A stretch of DNA of 64,000 bases from NCBI GenBank assembly GCA_963703665.1, contig CAVPFB010000003.1:740588-804587 (forward strand), written 5' to 3'. Origin of the DNA: an uncultured Alphaproteobacteria bacterium. GTDB taxonomy: Bacteria > Pseudomonadota > Alphaproteobacteria > ATCC43930 > CGMCC-115725. Position numbers and translations under genes: made by a program. The notes beneath the pieces are model-generated. The model made no database searches. It was not told the origin of the DNA and was given only the letters and a program-made list of their open reading frames with translations. Positions 63,084 through 64,000 of the stretch are shown one piece after another. The stretch's first letter is position 1; every line of letters starts with the position of its first letter.

Positions 63084-64000
63084 TCAGTGCAAGGTCGGAT
63101 GCGCTGGCGGCTGCGGCGGCGGCGAGCCGGTAACCGCGACCTGCGCCCCGTTCTGGAGCTTGACCTGGCCGGCGGCGACCACCTCTGCGCCGGGCTTGAG
63201 CCCGCTCGAGGATCGCCACCTTCCCTCCCCACCGCTCTCCGGTCCTGACCGGGGTGCGCACCGCCTTGAGGATCGGCTTTCCGTTGGCGTCCTTGCCGTC
63301 CCGGCGGATCACGTAGACACTGTCGCCGTAGAGCGTGTACTCGACCGCGGTCTCCGGCACGACCAACATATCGGGCTGCGGCGGCAGGACCACGGCGGCA
63401 TTGACGAACATCCCGGGCAGCAGCGCGCCGCCGGGATTGGGCATCGTCGCCTGGACCTCGACGGTCCGCGTGTCGGGGCTGAGCTGCGGCTCGATCGTGC
63501 TGAGCTTCGCGGTAAAGGTCCGGCCCGGATAGGCATCGGACGTCACGTCGACCTGCTGGTCGACCGAGATCTCCGGGCGCTGCTGCGACGGCAAGGTGAA
63601 ATTGACGTAGAGCATCGACAAATCGGTCAGGGTCACGATCGGGGCGCCGGCGCTGAGATACTGCCCGAGATCGATCTGGCGCACACCGAGTTGTCCCGAA
63701 AACGGCGCGCGGATCAGCTTTTGCGCGATGATCGCCTGGGTCTTCTGGATCATCGCACTCATCTGGTCGAGCTGGCTCTGGTTCTGGTCGACGGTTTCCT
63801 GCGGGGTGAACTGGCGTTTGACCAGCTGCTTCGAGCGCGCCAGGGTAATCTCCGCCAGGCGCGCCTGCGCCTGGTAATTGGCGAGGTCGCCGCGGTCCGG
63901 CGCGTCGTTCAGCTGGACCAGCGGATCGCCGACCTTTACCGTCTGCCCCGGCTGGAAAAAGATCCGGGTGACGCGACCGGCCACCTCGGGGTTGACCGTG
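63084..64000 (-). pseudogene. RND periplasmic adaptor (membrane fusion protein), 5' end outside window, one apparent +1 frameshift near the 3' end
   Basis: ..GRVTRIFFQPGQTVKVGDPLVQL.., ..IRAPFSGQLG... After ..GGKVAIL the natural tail SGLKPGAEVVAAGQVKLQNGAQV.. is in another frame (extra nt at about 63207), ending at TGA 63084-63086, 28 nt before the pump start. Confidence 0.8.

Overview
64 kb of high-G+C bacterial chromosome. Gene content and repeat families fit an alphaproteobacterium of the Rhizobiales (Bradyrhizobiaceae/Nitrobacteraceae-like); this is inference only. I support about 55 protein genes and one tRNA. Housekeeping: groES-groEL with CIRCE, cysD-cysNC, acs, greB, carA, a yqeY-like gene, dnaG-rpoD, tRNA-Met(CAU). 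Metabolic modules: Rieske dioxygenase alpha/beta + flavin reductase + amidohydrolase (2.4-6.1 kb); MHYT-PAS histidine kinase + receiver; YdiJ-like FAD/Fe-S oxidase; a complete coenzyme F420 module (LLM oxidoreductase, fgd, cofE, cofD, cofC, fbiC; 33.0-40.1 kb); an RND efflux pair at the right end. Accessory islets with G+C lower by eye: 14.8-16.1 kb (orphan 340-aa protein + HTH remnant); 40.1-40.5 kb; 41.75-42.8 kb (two orphans and a TIR-like N-terminal motif); vapBC (43.85-44.48 kb); 48.44-49.9 kb; 58.7-59.95 kb (decayed Fic gene beside a tRNA 3'-half copy). The 48.44-49.9 kb islet holds an approx. 469-codon protein with a C-terminal R-N-x3-H HEPN-like motif and is the best defence-gene candidate. 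There are two interspersed repeat families, one of them inserted in frame inside two genes. I count at least 15 reading-frame disruptions, all to the right of 25 kb, including rpoD and four within fgd-cofE-cofD; I saw none in the first 25 kb. No CRISPR array, integrase, transposase or rRNA was recognised. All functional calls come from reading the translations; no database search was possible, and lesion coordinates are good to a few nt only.
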